A stretch of 64,000 nucleotides of DNA. It comes from a virus. The notes beneath the pieces were generated by a model. That model was not told where the DNA came from. It searched no databases and saw nothing but the letters and a program-made list of their open reading frames with translations. The stretch spans positions 11,563-75,562 of IMG/VR virus record IMGVR_UViG_3300042310_000541. One strand, given 5' to 3'. Shown here one piece after another: positions 43,001 through 49,482 of this stretch; the first letter of the stretch is position 1, and each line of letters starts with the position of its first letter. Both the position numbers and the translations under genes were made by a program.

Positions 43001-43278
43001 TAAGTAGAACATCTGGAATGAATTACATATACACCAGTAAAGCTACAAATAATATTTCCAAATCTAAAGAAAATAACGTACCTTTGACTTCTGAAGATGA
43101 CATTATTTTAGATACATTAGGTGAAAGCACTTATGATTCATCATTAAGGAAGTTAAGAGATGCATTTTCAATGTACAATGGATTTTTTAATTCAAATGGA
43201 ATAACAAACATAGATCAATTAAATAAATTGAGTGAAAGTAAATTAGATGAATTATTAGTTAAATATTGCAAAATATAA
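28054..43278 (+). CDS. Giant virion-associated single-chain RNA polymerase with fused zincin, SLOG, DUF4326-like, NADAR-like and SF1B helicase domains
   Basis: Catalytic GSDFDNDK (37561-37584) preceded by RIPGQ, SGSKVG, DEGDA; HEAFH near 33604; YAGIGSR at 39691; GYAGTGKST at 41551, DESSM, GDPAQLPPV, HKAQGST, YVALSR. Confidence 0.88.
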   Translation: MPENENEFIFSKDLKLSKTDPNLKVTPSGTSGVLSGAFGNTDFGESQFDSPDLPASSIMSGEYKDIRGDIQSKTDKWFNAVPRLISKVGTEVAKTPAYLYALGEAVATDKSLAESLNNSWLNALQNLDDKTKKEFAIYKPKSVVEGNLWDNISSASFWTDEGVDGVGFLLAMMAPAGALRLANLSGKMTKFGIGINTAKNLELGAGTLLNTTLESAAESKGLVDKIKPMLDEQWAEKVANGMDPELAEKLKNEMLNKAGFDSFMQNMILIAGPNFLMNKKMLGRFIPDKTSMSAIEDASGKFIAPIKLTKKQIAGNYGKSLLESSVSEGLIEEGGQFAIENYNEKVALGSNDVSLISEYIDGLSTTEGQKSVFLGAFLGSMSAVAGEYGKAAKDFKKNTNLYSMMKKNEDAYISSINELYDVNEKGEPQLNPKRTAEYLVAMHKNMTDAELKDDYARLGNEEGYAFIANKDFTRFAASYLMNGGNVDGLNKHIDELSAKLLENEKKSNPDKNDLDEVKFKSDLKQKAKQLEKAIKSIDSSVNVKVKSENKPLLAKFANDLFNTALNETSNQMFIKDRINDLNLRRLELTNALSADIPQNKIEADKIEKQIELYNKDFETSVKDYEKLFDKNEQEIAFAWYEKQDVKTDKDIEKTKKKVKKNDIKSFAERIRNGEDVYSDEDQAFFNENRKEIEKELNSNPANEVIETPFTEEDNEVDLENKRRKNADDLMHISSLREKAKKQKELEETLSNSTDLNGLSDRAQVKYSGMEGRIYKHENENLYIFVDNKTGKEYEIPQDEEFGYDGKLHDYGIFELGKENSIFDIITINDSGNFVINNKEYINNYSNPLNAINRDKNGNIISVTLSNKKGQPRTFKKFADEMAYAILLQTYDKLENESKRTREETKRKLTEPITEQDSQRKEQDNDGSNSEESRKIEEAIAKLQQGIEESRNELNNTEKDKEQAEFFEFAMQSETSEELLEYVELLKGSKYTDALNGLYKQLVESEREKKKEKLTEQDLISELFGNPEQEYPEDFEIPSADEVDDSEPIINQDKGKKAKTVTKTNQGFDGIIYRDINKDDHSLIGESQNTYILRNFRTKNTIEIAKSDLSQFERINKVQNQRVFRWINKNEVKGYRLRIVTKNNNIDLYREILQDNPDALLYETNNPNYTGIWTVITNDKNEIVRVDGKLLAMTLETVDRVLNDDLIVDKKKGTEDIAAIREAAINTTDPNAYFEVNSKSNGIAQFENKENGKRVRNSVIGRIINKFSDTFKLTLATQKGTYLNGIPLDLGKLYIEDKDGRVLDLLPRLINESEINLIINLLEQEITGNKEIDKPIDEIKKIISFKKTANPQYQLYISNGELFFGEDSLNKNNFEEKIEDLISFLESKRVNANNLYINKNIQVPTTNGKGKTISYAEYLLEGENPMFGTDLKDKSNIQFLNQYLRYNPTIKYAEEVVEDSDLPTEDDINSGVIIDSLGVSEIDNKKNEIELVAREINRLVGLRSNDKVVRQAIIDSNNKKITLEELDTITKNWNNANGLTNAFAKITRLRRELDVLEGKPIATTPVSTDTKADIERRNTFTRATQMKVLPKGTPIFGGKTADGKTEFLDDKLQFNNGDRITFFAEKERTGIYKDGKIVETGTNNPWGLVGILMDVKGYIKNQSNINTELAALENKGNIAIDSLLVDEPTNIIAPKLMTVQVDLLSLSIDELKNVATQIRQKAVDARQAEKEGKTIIGGSQAIESDYQAVKKYIADLVSLNNTGQDAEIVNQEKNTTPPKKNKPRRDELNRLRSRTADTTLVDKKEIEWFKYNFPTIPIDKVIGLIEQKSMGRFLSSARVLLSDQAVTGTLYHEAFHAVTQLYLTKEEVDRLYKEVAERTGITDRFEAEELLAEDFINYKKNGAVLKGAPQRNTLFRKILNAIKDFLGLKASDINEVYRRLDSGYYRNSKVVGLKEFSSLNKDSDKEFVTKEKGTKFLIDTLDGMDLMFFNATLHPDSANKNISNIIYNKFLDLYEAEENPELIDAYDFITDNFERVNSLWKERLSSLGFKFSEDRFDYTEDSEERGTETLDEKEEQVKEDLKGTKDQNFVNQKDLLTSSSKMLIKSLKRLNYKNDLGLEVPLDFGQTYNYLIKNIAGTGNNYLDIMDKLKSLVKDKPEIQQLIDMLGETGDSISNKQFNLQTAFTKDFNKTRTDSLITVISPNGAIRIIDATKMNDADMVKEIWNSNLVSLFPQNEAGNQVIPNVKEFIKVRDNIEFLGKIGIQFNEYALDYLNENQSELTDSVTAIKNYLIAQDGNVNSLFSSKSDLYKRIDNLINIEAKYAPYVNELSFISTEGKTVYSVGENNGLSRTINEINKSKNLTELRQRLPHLDTVTVRNSQYIKKLFDENGVKIPGAEVKLYLQDGIKSSSDADNQVRQSTRKSTIGDLMTQQFNSLLQKGISSFIVSADKSSEFGIGLSLKEGNLVIPIDFVENNFNSPKIKEIFRGYFEDELNRIALFILDEVGNNIDYYRKEAKNFTIFQDIIPSDTRKSIIKKLDELKNEGKSYKDAKANIEELLDNNFEAVNKKTVEFFENYEKELTKMSKKFKLINGDNFSGITDDVKSKHSNEALIRAIAINSYINNVEQTKLFTGDLAFYKAIYKRSAAFAGTKEIPRVDSAINSYLTKNFPRKDGKVQDGMENVVVFENVETQKLELDEYLDAYKKKGISNEAALKILGFTKADIEKINRKESIEKSKGKAYAKMDEGDAMGWCTIDFYREFMNRLSNWSDAQEFAYQKMQMQKFDDEGNLTEGELLTGKEIQLFQQLKLQYAGPQEMTGSLFAPAYHKFTVLPLLPELVKGKNISKTLKNMTDSAAGYGLFGSGSKVGTVTNANGELTPFYTGKNNGQINSEGYNIQRVYYNFLGLQQKPSKPHDTAVFSTQFRKTPWIGSFENGKELIEGAMQRFEDFSNLINQKTQDAKDELLIELGIRPGDTTYTSTNVENLVNLLQDEARQRNLPDNLIESIDFRIEEGKQILKTKFDAVVNKDKITSMLMSLIDARIIRQQFNGDAYVLSSVAGFEPIGERSKGPNEALRGYTIDPVTGKTLPAEVMIPMSKNYYPLFKMFGNNLDKLNEAIRNKDPKIDQRVLELIGCRIPGQEHNSNEYLTIKEFLPEASATTMIAHPEIVAKAGSDFDNDKLFTYRAKINPDGSYDTKSIDNGIVKVLKDQISHESNFTKLITPNSTSIVDEFVEHLKYINYKNRLTIKNRTAKEPAKIMDEDKYLETLNQEGVKYSDLLKITKQIEARYKLWLAKDEVGPVAIANAYGPIAQAGNLTANQFFFRETIQKGVKITERVPVNIRLKHNKTDDGKINLAAYLDAEKVNPITQVNGQQINIVVDAANEVEPSVAYLNMVMETLPVYLYLNRAGVEFQTVASFMTQNIMTEYLTLKGISNSALSKVLGLDADSNAITQARKKYVDYLLNNIAELKGKEENLPAFLAEHQKDELSKSDLMDYLEVENQEGIEYAITQLQVLDDYTEYREHARMLNEAVRTTNHDSAGTGQNLISVEEKKLLEIKVAKAGFINGLERVKDTFLGAFNQDELALKAYSPFFYTKSDSVVKNNTIYLLQEVKNNNFIFSKDDSVKTGNLIENDFINFIVQNYGYENPSQRMDELFRGENSIAKRVLELKNRAKSLNKPKDELTSRELEEKEIVDNILISQLYPMLRTEKKSVDNIKLFNKKIDTYTSNQLTEAFRQLMSLDPELTKDIIDLGILQSGLNNSPITFLGIIPNSYYSEVVNKGFDKFSEMNNKDEIIKQFNQLFLRNNAKDRFISKVAYVKGLNKEELGDGMFGKNFLMKNYIPSMKDNVETNVESTEKSNVQDPKTPEFNKLPGKSLTPSMTYAGIGSRQTPQEALDLMTQIAKYLDDLGYTLRSGAAEGADTAFENGATKKEIFKGFDKTGQREINVANEIHPDLQGAMNASKSKKIKSRLAEGATQEEAEKSGEKSAWAVQNLMARNTNQVFGANLDTPVDFVLFWAQEIPGSIRPKGGTGQAVEMARRKGIPTINMADANWKEQLKAAIANKSSAQPATSVKPTIDTSREWKSDLESRPVYTSEGVNTMRTSDANAFENFGNPFSEAGYGGTIKVDSVKEAVLAYKEWLLGNNYQDVKPQQREWILNQINSGKLDGATLLYAGKLEARGQGMHPIALAEVVEQLRTTQPSTSVDQEFKKGVEISSNSKGLAAALTNPTELAKSKGNLAQSYPVQLDLLIGVNKKGINSKTGVAEDSEAAYQALKDTATKDEGPNSTYNLMVDIIKAKLEQHPRLASEIKKLGGSDWILSSTHQPTSKNSVWETGGKNWFIKALNDAYLLTGNNFKTKIDQFNYTYNPNTGEVIHNSKTGDKVEDNETQINKVLAQYAVESGYDIKTFNNAEYVKINDKVLNAKSGNLVTQKQILDLFNNAEAVKNIDNNTQEVSVDNTFTFADGVSINTGNIKLNEQQKQALQLAVNAINNKQTKFVLKGYAGTGKSTIAKFIQFYIEKKHRGAKQIAYAAPMHKASINLLIQLIRGGNLKSLPNTVAKFLNKRKIDGKFVPGPKNLMPINGVAIIDESSMIDNIDYNDIVKLAKDKNSTVIFMGDPAQLPPVASNTLSPALTYTQDNEGVELTEVMRQKETNPVLNLVTAIRSNLLKITESFSFDSNVNDKKEGNEFIKDRTQFMDKINELFSSDEYKKDPTYAKIVTYSNNSVYNYNQTIFAKMNIDEPYGVGSVLMGYEQSTPEPVVHNGQDYEVVENKYKDEDNSYLLSANINGSTYEIKGKISGWNVKIKRIFNEEDTALIKSSGSTASLLDSQEIFIINPYDDSNIDIMMQFLKFKEVISDNSIPWRSRADASERLDRLFSKYQFPEDLLMFEGKPTTLSMLKNKRPDLFKLQENGKTKFEELNIKAFYNKNIDYGYAVTSHKAQGSTYKNVFVDYQNMDNPFNNRVISYNGDAYGNERNMLKYVALSRTSGMNYIYTSKATNNISKSKENNVPLTSEDDIILDTLGESTYDSSLRKLRDAFSMYNGFFNSNGITNIDQLNKLSESKLDELLVKYCKI
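43055..43086 (+). promoter_or_regulatory. Candidate internal promoter for the ferritin gene
   Basis: TTTC, 20-nt spacer, TACCTTTG: perfect -7 box and 3/4 -33 box, about 200 nt before the ferritin ATG. Confidence 0.35.
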
Positions 43279-43286
43279 TAATCAAA

Positions 43287-43784
43287 ATGGACAAAAAAAA
43301 ATTATTAAATGACAAAGTTGTAAAAGCTTTAAATTATAGAATACAACAAGAAGAGCAATCTTCAAGAATTTATGAACAAATGTCTTTATGGCTTAACAAT
43401 AAAGGTATTTTAAATTGTTCAGAATTATATAAAAGGTATGCTGATGAAGAATTAAAGCATTCTCAAATTGCTAAAAACTATTTATTAGATTATGGATATA
43501 CTCCAGTTTTAGCTGCATTGCAATCTCCTGCAATGGATTTAAAAACTTTAACTGATGTATTTGAAACAACTTTAGAGCATGAATTATTGATAACTAAACA
43601 ATGTGAAGAATTAGCATCTGAAGCATTGAAAGAAAGTAATCATGTTCTTTATAGTTTAGCATTAAAATACTGCTCAGAACAACAAGAAGAAATAGGCAAG
43701 GCTATTACATTAATTGATATTAACAAACTAAGCAATGATGTACTTGTTGTAGATCATTACATTGGTGATAAACTATTAGGATAA
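43287..43784 (+). CDS. ftnA: Non-haem ferritin
   Basis: LN..I..E..SS.IY..MS.W, EE..H, LEHE, EQ.EE ferroxidase-centre pattern; ATG at 43287. Confidence 0.85.
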   Translation: MDKKKLLNDKVVKALNYRIQQEEQSSRIYEQMSLWLNNKGILNCSELYKRYADEELKHSQIAKNYLLDYGYTPVLAALQSPAMDLKTLTDVFETTLEHELLITKQCEELASEALKESNHVLYSLALKYCSEQQEEIGKAITLIDINKLSNDVLVVDHYIGDKLLG

Positions 43785-43785
43785 T

Positions 43786-46700
43786 ATGATTAGCTGTCCT
43801 TTAAAATCATTGCAGCAGTGGAAAGATCTTGTTAATATTTATGGAGAAAATAAAGCTACAGGATTGTGGGTTAAATATGAAGGTTATCCTCCTGATTATC
43901 TTTATTCTCCAAAGCAAATTGAACCTATTCCTTTAAATGAAGAGTCTGAAGCTATATATAAACAATACAATCTTATAAACAAAAATGGAGGAATAAAGAA
44001 CTTTTTGTCAATGAAAACTGCTAATAAATTTGCAGCTTCATTAAATCAAAGTCCTAATTATTCTTTTTATGTAAGAAATACTCCCGGTGGAATAAAGATA
44101 TTATTGTATCCTAAAAAAGTTGTTGAAGAAAAAAAAGTTGAGGAGCCTATTAATAGAAATGGAATTCAAGGTACTTTATTTAGTAAGTCAAATGTTGAAA
44201 AATCAAATTCTGCTGTATCTCAAATTTTAAATAGATTAAAAAAAGAACTTCCTATTGAAATAGCAAATGCTGTTACAGTATTAAGAAACGTACCAAAAAG
44301 TATATTAGGTAAAAATAATTTATTTTTATCTATAAAGAATTTTTTAGAAGACAATGGAATAAAAGATGAAATATTAATCAATTGGGTAGGTGTAAACAAA
44401 GATTCATTAGGACATCCTAAAAATTTAAAATCAGAACAGCAAATATTAGATATAATTCAAGAAAGATTAACTAAAAAGCAAAAAGAATCTAATTACAATG
44501 AATTTAAAACAAATCCATTAGCTTTGGAGAGTTTTAAAAATTGGAATAAAGCTTTGGAAAAATATCCATTACCATTTCAAGAAGCAATGCTAACGCATGC
44601 ATTAAAATGGCTAAATAATCCAGTTAGAAGATCTAAATATGTATTGCAATTAAGCGATGTAGCCTTGCAACAAACCTATGGAATATTAGCAAATAAGCCA
44701 CATGAGTTAAACAGAATAGGTAAATTATATGACCAAGAAGTATTAAAAACTGTTTCTGATGCAGTAGGACATGAGCCTTCAGCAAGTGGTAAAGGGTATT
44801 GGGTACATATTCCAAGAACTGAGTTAAACACTGTAAGTCAAGACATTGAGAATGCAAAAAAAGAAATTCAAAAATTAGAGTCTACAACAGCCTTAGATAA
44901 ATTTAAAAAACGATATACTGATAAAAAAGAAAGCATAGCTAATACTAAGCATAATATTGAAAAATGGAGTAAACAAGAGGATGCTAAAGATGATGTAATA
45001 GCTTCGCAACAAAGATTAAAAATATTAGAAAGTGAATTAGAAGATATTCTTTTTAACAAGGAAAGTATTGAAAAAAACTATCAAAAAGAATTAGATGATG
45101 TTTTATTGTTAAGAAAAAAAGAATTAAAAGAATTAGAGAGTTTAAAAGATAATGATAATAGTTCTCAATTCAAAGCAAATGTAGAACTACTTAGAAAACT
45201 ATCTCCTTCTACTTGGTGCACAGCATCAGGTATGGCTTCTCATTATGTAGAAAATTATGACAATTATTTATTAATTGTTGATGGAGTTACAGTTGCAGGT
45301 ATTGAAGCTACTAATCAAACTACTTCAGAATATGAAACATTTGACAGGTTTGAATTAAATGGAAATAATTATACAAAAATAGATACATATAGAAAAAATG
45401 GTGAAAAAATAACTAAAGAAGACTATAATTTAGCAATAGAAACAAAGAAAAAAGAAGGTAAAATACAAGTAAAAGAAGTAACCTCAAGAGGTAATAATGG
45501 AATAGCATCTATTGACCATTATGATGATATATTAGCTTTCTTTGAAAAACATAATTTAGATACTAATAATGAGTCTTTAAATAGGGCTAAAAAAGCTAAA
45601 GAGAAAGGTAAGGAAGATAAAGACATCTACGAACAGGAACCAGAAGATCAGATGTATTACCCTGCATGGGACGAGGGAGATGATAGAGATGATCCAGGTT
45701 TAGAATACAGAAGAGAAAGAGAAGAATGGGACAGGGAGATGCAAGAAGATTTAAACTGGAGAAATTCAGAAGTTGAAAAATTAAATACTGTAGAAGAAGT
45801 TTTACAAAATCCTGATTATTTAGAATTTTTTGAAAATTTAAAATATGAATTAAAAAATAACGAAGAAATTGCAAGAGAAGGAATAAAATATAACAGTTAT
45901 TATATAACTTATTTAGATTCAAATTTACCATTTTATAATGAGCTTGTTAAAATAGCTCTAGAAGACAATCCAGATGTTTTTCAGTATTTACCACAAGAAG
46001 TAAAAGAATTGCCAGATTTAAGAGAAATTTATAATGAATATCTTTTAGATAAACATGATGATTTAAATGATCCTTTAGATGACGGTTTGCCTTTTTCAAA
46101 AACTGAAAATTCTATACAAGGTTATTATGATCCAAAAACAGATAAAGTTGTAATTATAGCTGAAAATACTCCTTTAGAAGAAGCATCTAAAGTTGCAATA
46201 CATGAAGTAGCTCATAGAGGTATGCTTAGAATGGCTAAAGAATTAGGTGGAGAAAAAGAATTATTTAATGCTTTAAAATCTGCTGAAAAACAATTAATGG
46301 AAAAACTACCTGAGCTTTTAAAAAGAACAGGGCATACTTCATTAGATAATTTAATGCTTGATTATGGCTTTGACAAAAACTCAGAAGAAGGAAAGTTTAA
46401 ATTATTGCAAGAACTTGCTGCAAGATGGGCTGAAACATTAATAGATAAACCTAAGCCTAGTTGGTGGAAAGATTTATTGCAAAAAATAGGTGATTGGATA
46501 AAACAATTTACCGGTAAAGTATTAACAGAAAAAGAAGTAGATGAATTAATTGGTGGATTTGTTAAATATGGCACTCAAAATTTAAATGACAAAAATTTAA
46601 AAAGCAATGCAGAAGCTCAATATAGTAAAAAAAATGAAGAGCAGGATCCTGTTAAGAAAAAAGAACCTGCTAAAAAAATAGGTAAAATTGAGCAATATTT

Positions 46701-49158
46701 TCAAACAAGAATTGCTAAGCTTACTAAAGATTACTCATTAGCTAAGAAAGATTCTCAAAAAGAAGCTATTGAAAAAGAACTTGAACTTACAAAACAAAAG
46801 TATGCTAAGTCTAAAGAAAAAGATCTTAAAAGAGAAGCTGAATATGAATTTGGTAAACATTCATTAGAATTAGTTGAACAGAGAATTAATTTTTTATTAA
46901 AGGATAAAGGCCAAAGATTTAGCACTGATTTAGAATATGTTAATGATGTATTAGATATTTGGTTTGGTATTCCTGATCTTACAAATGAAGTAATAAGACT
47001 TAGAGAAAAAACACAAGGACTAAAGGATGATTATTTATTAGAAAATGTTCATGATAATACAACAGCAAAAGTAAAACCTACATTAGAGCAAATAAAACAG
47101 CAAACAGAAGATATAGGAACTTTTAGAGAATGGACAGGATCATTAATTGATGTTGCAAATTATATAGCTTCAACAATAGGTAATATAATCAAGACATCTC
47201 AAACTAAAATAGAAAGACAATCTAATGCTATTTTTAGAGAAATTGAATTAAAGATTGAAGAAGTAAGTAAAACAAAAGATATTAATGAAATTTATAAAGA
47301 AATAATATTCTTAAATGAAGATTCTGATACAAAAACATTAATACCATTATCTCAATTAAGTAAGGTTTCTCCAGAAGCACAAGAGTTTTATAAATTCTAT
47401 CAATCAAAGCTTGAAGAATTAATGAAAATTACTCCAACTCTAATGAGAAGAAATGATGCTGGAGAGCTTGAAACATTTGTTTTAAACAAGTATTTTATAC
47501 CAAATGTGTATATAGCTGAAACATTAAAAGAAAAGCTCTTAAGACAAAGAAAAACACTATTTGGAATTTTCAAAGAAAGAAAGCTTGGAGATACTGTGAA
47601 AGATGAAAATCTTAAAGCTGATATAATTGATCTTGAATACATAAAGAAAATACCTTCAAGTGTTAAATCTGATGACTTAGGCCATTCATTATTTATGTTT
47701 GCAAAGAGTATGTATCATTACAATGAAATGAGTGATATTCTGCCTAAAGTAAGATTATTGCAAAGATCTATATTTGATACAGAATATGTGCAAGGATCAA
47801 ATCCTAATTCAACTAAAACAGGAAAAGATTCAAAGATGTGGAACATGGTTGAAGGTTTTATTAAAGCTCAAGTAAAAGGTGAAACTAAAAAAGATGAAGG
47901 GAAAAAGGGTTTATATAAAAAAAAGGGGGTAGATGGGGAGGAAGTTGAAGTTTATTTAGATGCAACCGGATCAATTGATAGCTTATTAAGATGGAATTCA
48001 TTATTAAGGATTGGTTTATCTCCAATAACAGCATTGGCCAATGTTAGTTTTGGTAAGATAAGTAATTTCTTTGAAGGATTTGCTGGACAATTTTATACAA
48101 GAAAAGATTTAAGAATAGCTGAAAAATTGTTTTGGCAACAGAATTTTAATAAAGATTCTGTTATGAATAGAATATTAGCAGATGGTAATATTCTTCAAGA
48201 ATTAACTGATAAAGAGCAATCTGAAAGCTTAAAAACATCAGAAAAAGATTCTATTGATAGATTGTCAGAAATGATGTATTCACCTCAAAAATGGGGAGAA
48301 AAATACATTCAATCAAGTACTTTCTTAGCTATAATGCATAAGGAAGGATATATTAACTCTGATGGAGAATTAACTGATAGCTATAATGAATTGTCTGATA
48401 AATCAAAACAACAACTATTCAATAAAGTTCAGAGAGTAAATCATATGCTTCATGGAAGATATTCTCCTCAAGAGTCAGGAATAGGTCAGCAAAGTGTTAT
48501 TTATAGAGCTGCTTCTCAATTTAGGAAATGGATGCCATCAGCAATTGAAAATAGATTTGACGCTAAGCATTATGATGAAAGACTTCAAGCAGATATTGAA
48601 GGAAGATACAGATCATTTGTAAGAAATTTTGTATTAGAATTATTTGTTAAAGGTGATGTCAAATCAGCTTTTTACAATTTAATAATGCCTGTTTTAGATG
48701 CAGAAAAAGCATTAGCTTCAGGGTTAAAGCCTCATGAAATATACAATATGAGAAAAATGCTTATTGAAACAACTTCTTTTTTAGTTGTTACATTATTGTA
48801 TGCTGCTGGAACTGCAGGTGATGATGATGATGATAAAGAATTAAGAAGAAATCCTTTATTCAAAACAACAATGTTAACTTTAAATAGAGTTAGTGGAGAT
48901 ATTGCATTCTTTTATTCTCCAACACAGATAAACAATTTAGGAGCAAATGCTTTTCCAGTGCAAAAATTAATGAAAGATTTAATAGATATATCTCTTGAAG
49001 TTCCAAGATTTTTTACTGACAAAAGTGAGTTTACATCAGGTATAAATAAAGGCAAAGAAAGGCTTCCTATTAAAGTGTTAGGGTTAATACCGGGAAGCAG
49101 ACCTGTTACAGATTTTACTAAAATATTTAGTAAATTTGAACTAGATGAAATAAAATAA
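43786..49158 (+). CDS. Large polyvalent virion protein (WCT/PcfJ-like domain, helical repeats, zincin-like domain, helical C-terminus)
   Basis: 1790 aa; STWCTAS; GYYDPKTDKVVII...HEVAHRG...QELAA; last gene of the virion module. Confidence 0.6.
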   Translation: MISCPLKSLQQWKDLVNIYGENKATGLWVKYEGYPPDYLYSPKQIEPIPLNEESEAIYKQYNLINKNGGIKNFLSMKTANKFAASLNQSPNYSFYVRNTPGGIKILLYPKKVVEEKKVEEPINRNGIQGTLFSKSNVEKSNSAVSQILNRLKKELPIEIANAVTVLRNVPKSILGKNNLFLSIKNFLEDNGIKDEILINWVGVNKDSLGHPKNLKSEQQILDIIQERLTKKQKESNYNEFKTNPLALESFKNWNKALEKYPLPFQEAMLTHALKWLNNPVRRSKYVLQLSDVALQQTYGILANKPHELNRIGKLYDQEVLKTVSDAVGHEPSASGKGYWVHIPRTELNTVSQDIENAKKEIQKLESTTALDKFKKRYTDKKESIANTKHNIEKWSKQEDAKDDVIASQQRLKILESELEDILFNKESIEKNYQKELDDVLLLRKKELKELESLKDNDNSSQFKANVELLRKLSPSTWCTASGMASHYVENYDNYLLIVDGVTVAGIEATNQTTSEYETFDRFELNGNNYTKIDTYRKNGEKITKEDYNLAIETKKKEGKIQVKEVTSRGNNGIASIDHYDDILAFFEKHNLDTNNESLNRAKKAKEKGKEDKDIYEQEPEDQMYYPAWDEGDDRDDPGLEYRREREEWDREMQEDLNWRNSEVEKLNTVEEVLQNPDYLEFFENLKYELKNNEEIAREGIKYNSYYITYLDSNLPFYNELVKIALEDNPDVFQYLPQEVKELPDLREIYNEYLLDKHDDLNDPLDDGLPFSKTENSIQGYYDPKTDKVVIIAENTPLEEASKVAIHEVAHRGMLRMAKELGGEKELFNALKSAEKQLMEKLPELLKRTGHTSLDNLMLDYGFDKNSEEGKFKLLQELAARWAETLIDKPKPSWWKDLLQKIGDWIKQFTGKVLTEKEVDELIGGFVKYGTQNLNDKNLKSNAEAQYSKKNEEQDPVKKKEPAKKIGKIEQYFQTRIAKLTKDYSLAKKDSQKEAIEKELELTKQKYAKSKEKDLKREAEYEFGKHSLELVEQRINFLLKDKGQRFSTDLEYVNDVLDIWFGIPDLTNEVIRLREKTQGLKDDYLLENVHDNTTAKVKPTLEQIKQQTEDIGTFREWTGSLIDVANYIASTIGNIIKTSQTKIERQSNAIFREIELKIEEVSKTKDINEIYKEIIFLNEDSDTKTLIPLSQLSKVSPEAQEFYKFYQSKLEELMKITPTLMRRNDAGELETFVLNKYFIPNVYIAETLKEKLLRQRKTLFGIFKERKLGDTVKDENLKADIIDLEYIKKIPSSVKSDDLGHSLFMFAKSMYHYNEMSDILPKVRLLQRSIFDTEYVQGSNPNSTKTGKDSKMWNMVEGFIKAQVKGETKKDEGKKGLYKKKGVDGEEVEVYLDATGSIDSLLRWNSLLRIGLSPITALANVSFGKISNFFEGFAGQFYTRKDLRIAEKLFWQQNFNKDSVMNRILADGNILQELTDKEQSESLKTSEKDSIDRLSEMMYSPQKWGEKYIQSSTFLAIMHKEGYINSDGELTDSYNELSDKSKQQLFNKVQRVNHMLHGRYSPQESGIGQQSVIYRAASQFRKWMPSAIENRFDAKHYDERLQADIEGRYRSFVRNFVLELFVKGDVKSAFYNLIMPVLDAEKALASGLKPHEIYNMRKMLIETTSFLVVTLLYAAGTAGDDDDDKELRRNPLFKTTMLTLNRVSGDIAFFYSPTQINNLGANAFPVQKLMKDLIDISLEVPRFFTDKSEFTSGINKGKERLPIKVLGLIPGSRPVTDFTKIFSKFELDEIK

Positions 49159-49186
49159 GCCAGAAATTAATCTGGCTTAGTTTTTA
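49156..49186. terminator. Terminator hairpin at the convergent strand junction
   Basis: TAAGCCAGA / TCTGGCTTA 9-bp stem; T-run downstream on +, A-rich flank upstream. Confidence 0.75.
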
Positions 49187-49477
49187 ATCTAAACTTTTAG
49201 TAATTATATCTAATAAATTAAAATAATTTGAAATGTATTTTTCTATATTAGAATCAATATTATGATCAACACCTGAAAGCACTTCATTTAAATTAGTGTA
49301 AAATCTACATGAATTAAACTTTAATTTAATTTGTGTGTATTTAAAACCATTTATTTTAATAAGTTGCTGAAATTGATTGTCTAAATAATTAGTTATAGAA
49401 GGATCATCTATATCAAGACCATAATGACCTTCTTCTAAATAATCTTTATACTTTGTGTTAAATTCTTTTGATGTCAT
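49184..49477 (-). CDS. Conserved phage hypothetical protein
   Basis: 97 aa; QIKLKFNSCRFY resembles the QxKEKFGxLRFY small phage protein family. Confidence 0.55.
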   Translation of the reverse strand: MTSKEFNTKYKDYLEEGHYGLDIDDPSITNYLDNQFQQLIKINGFKYTQIKLKFNSCRFYTNLNEVLSGVDHNIDSNIEKYISNYFNLLDIITKSLD

Positions 49478-49482
49478 ATTTT

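Noticed and set aside
43266-43286. TTG start for ferritin, and similarly TTG starts at 11886 and 54672
   Set aside because: Nearby in-frame ATGs (43287, 11901, 54651) with A-rich context fit better.
3642-47642. Many short minus-strand ORFs opposite the virion genes, and short + ORFs opposite the replication genes
   Set aside because: Shadow frames of long coding genes with no motifs or start context.
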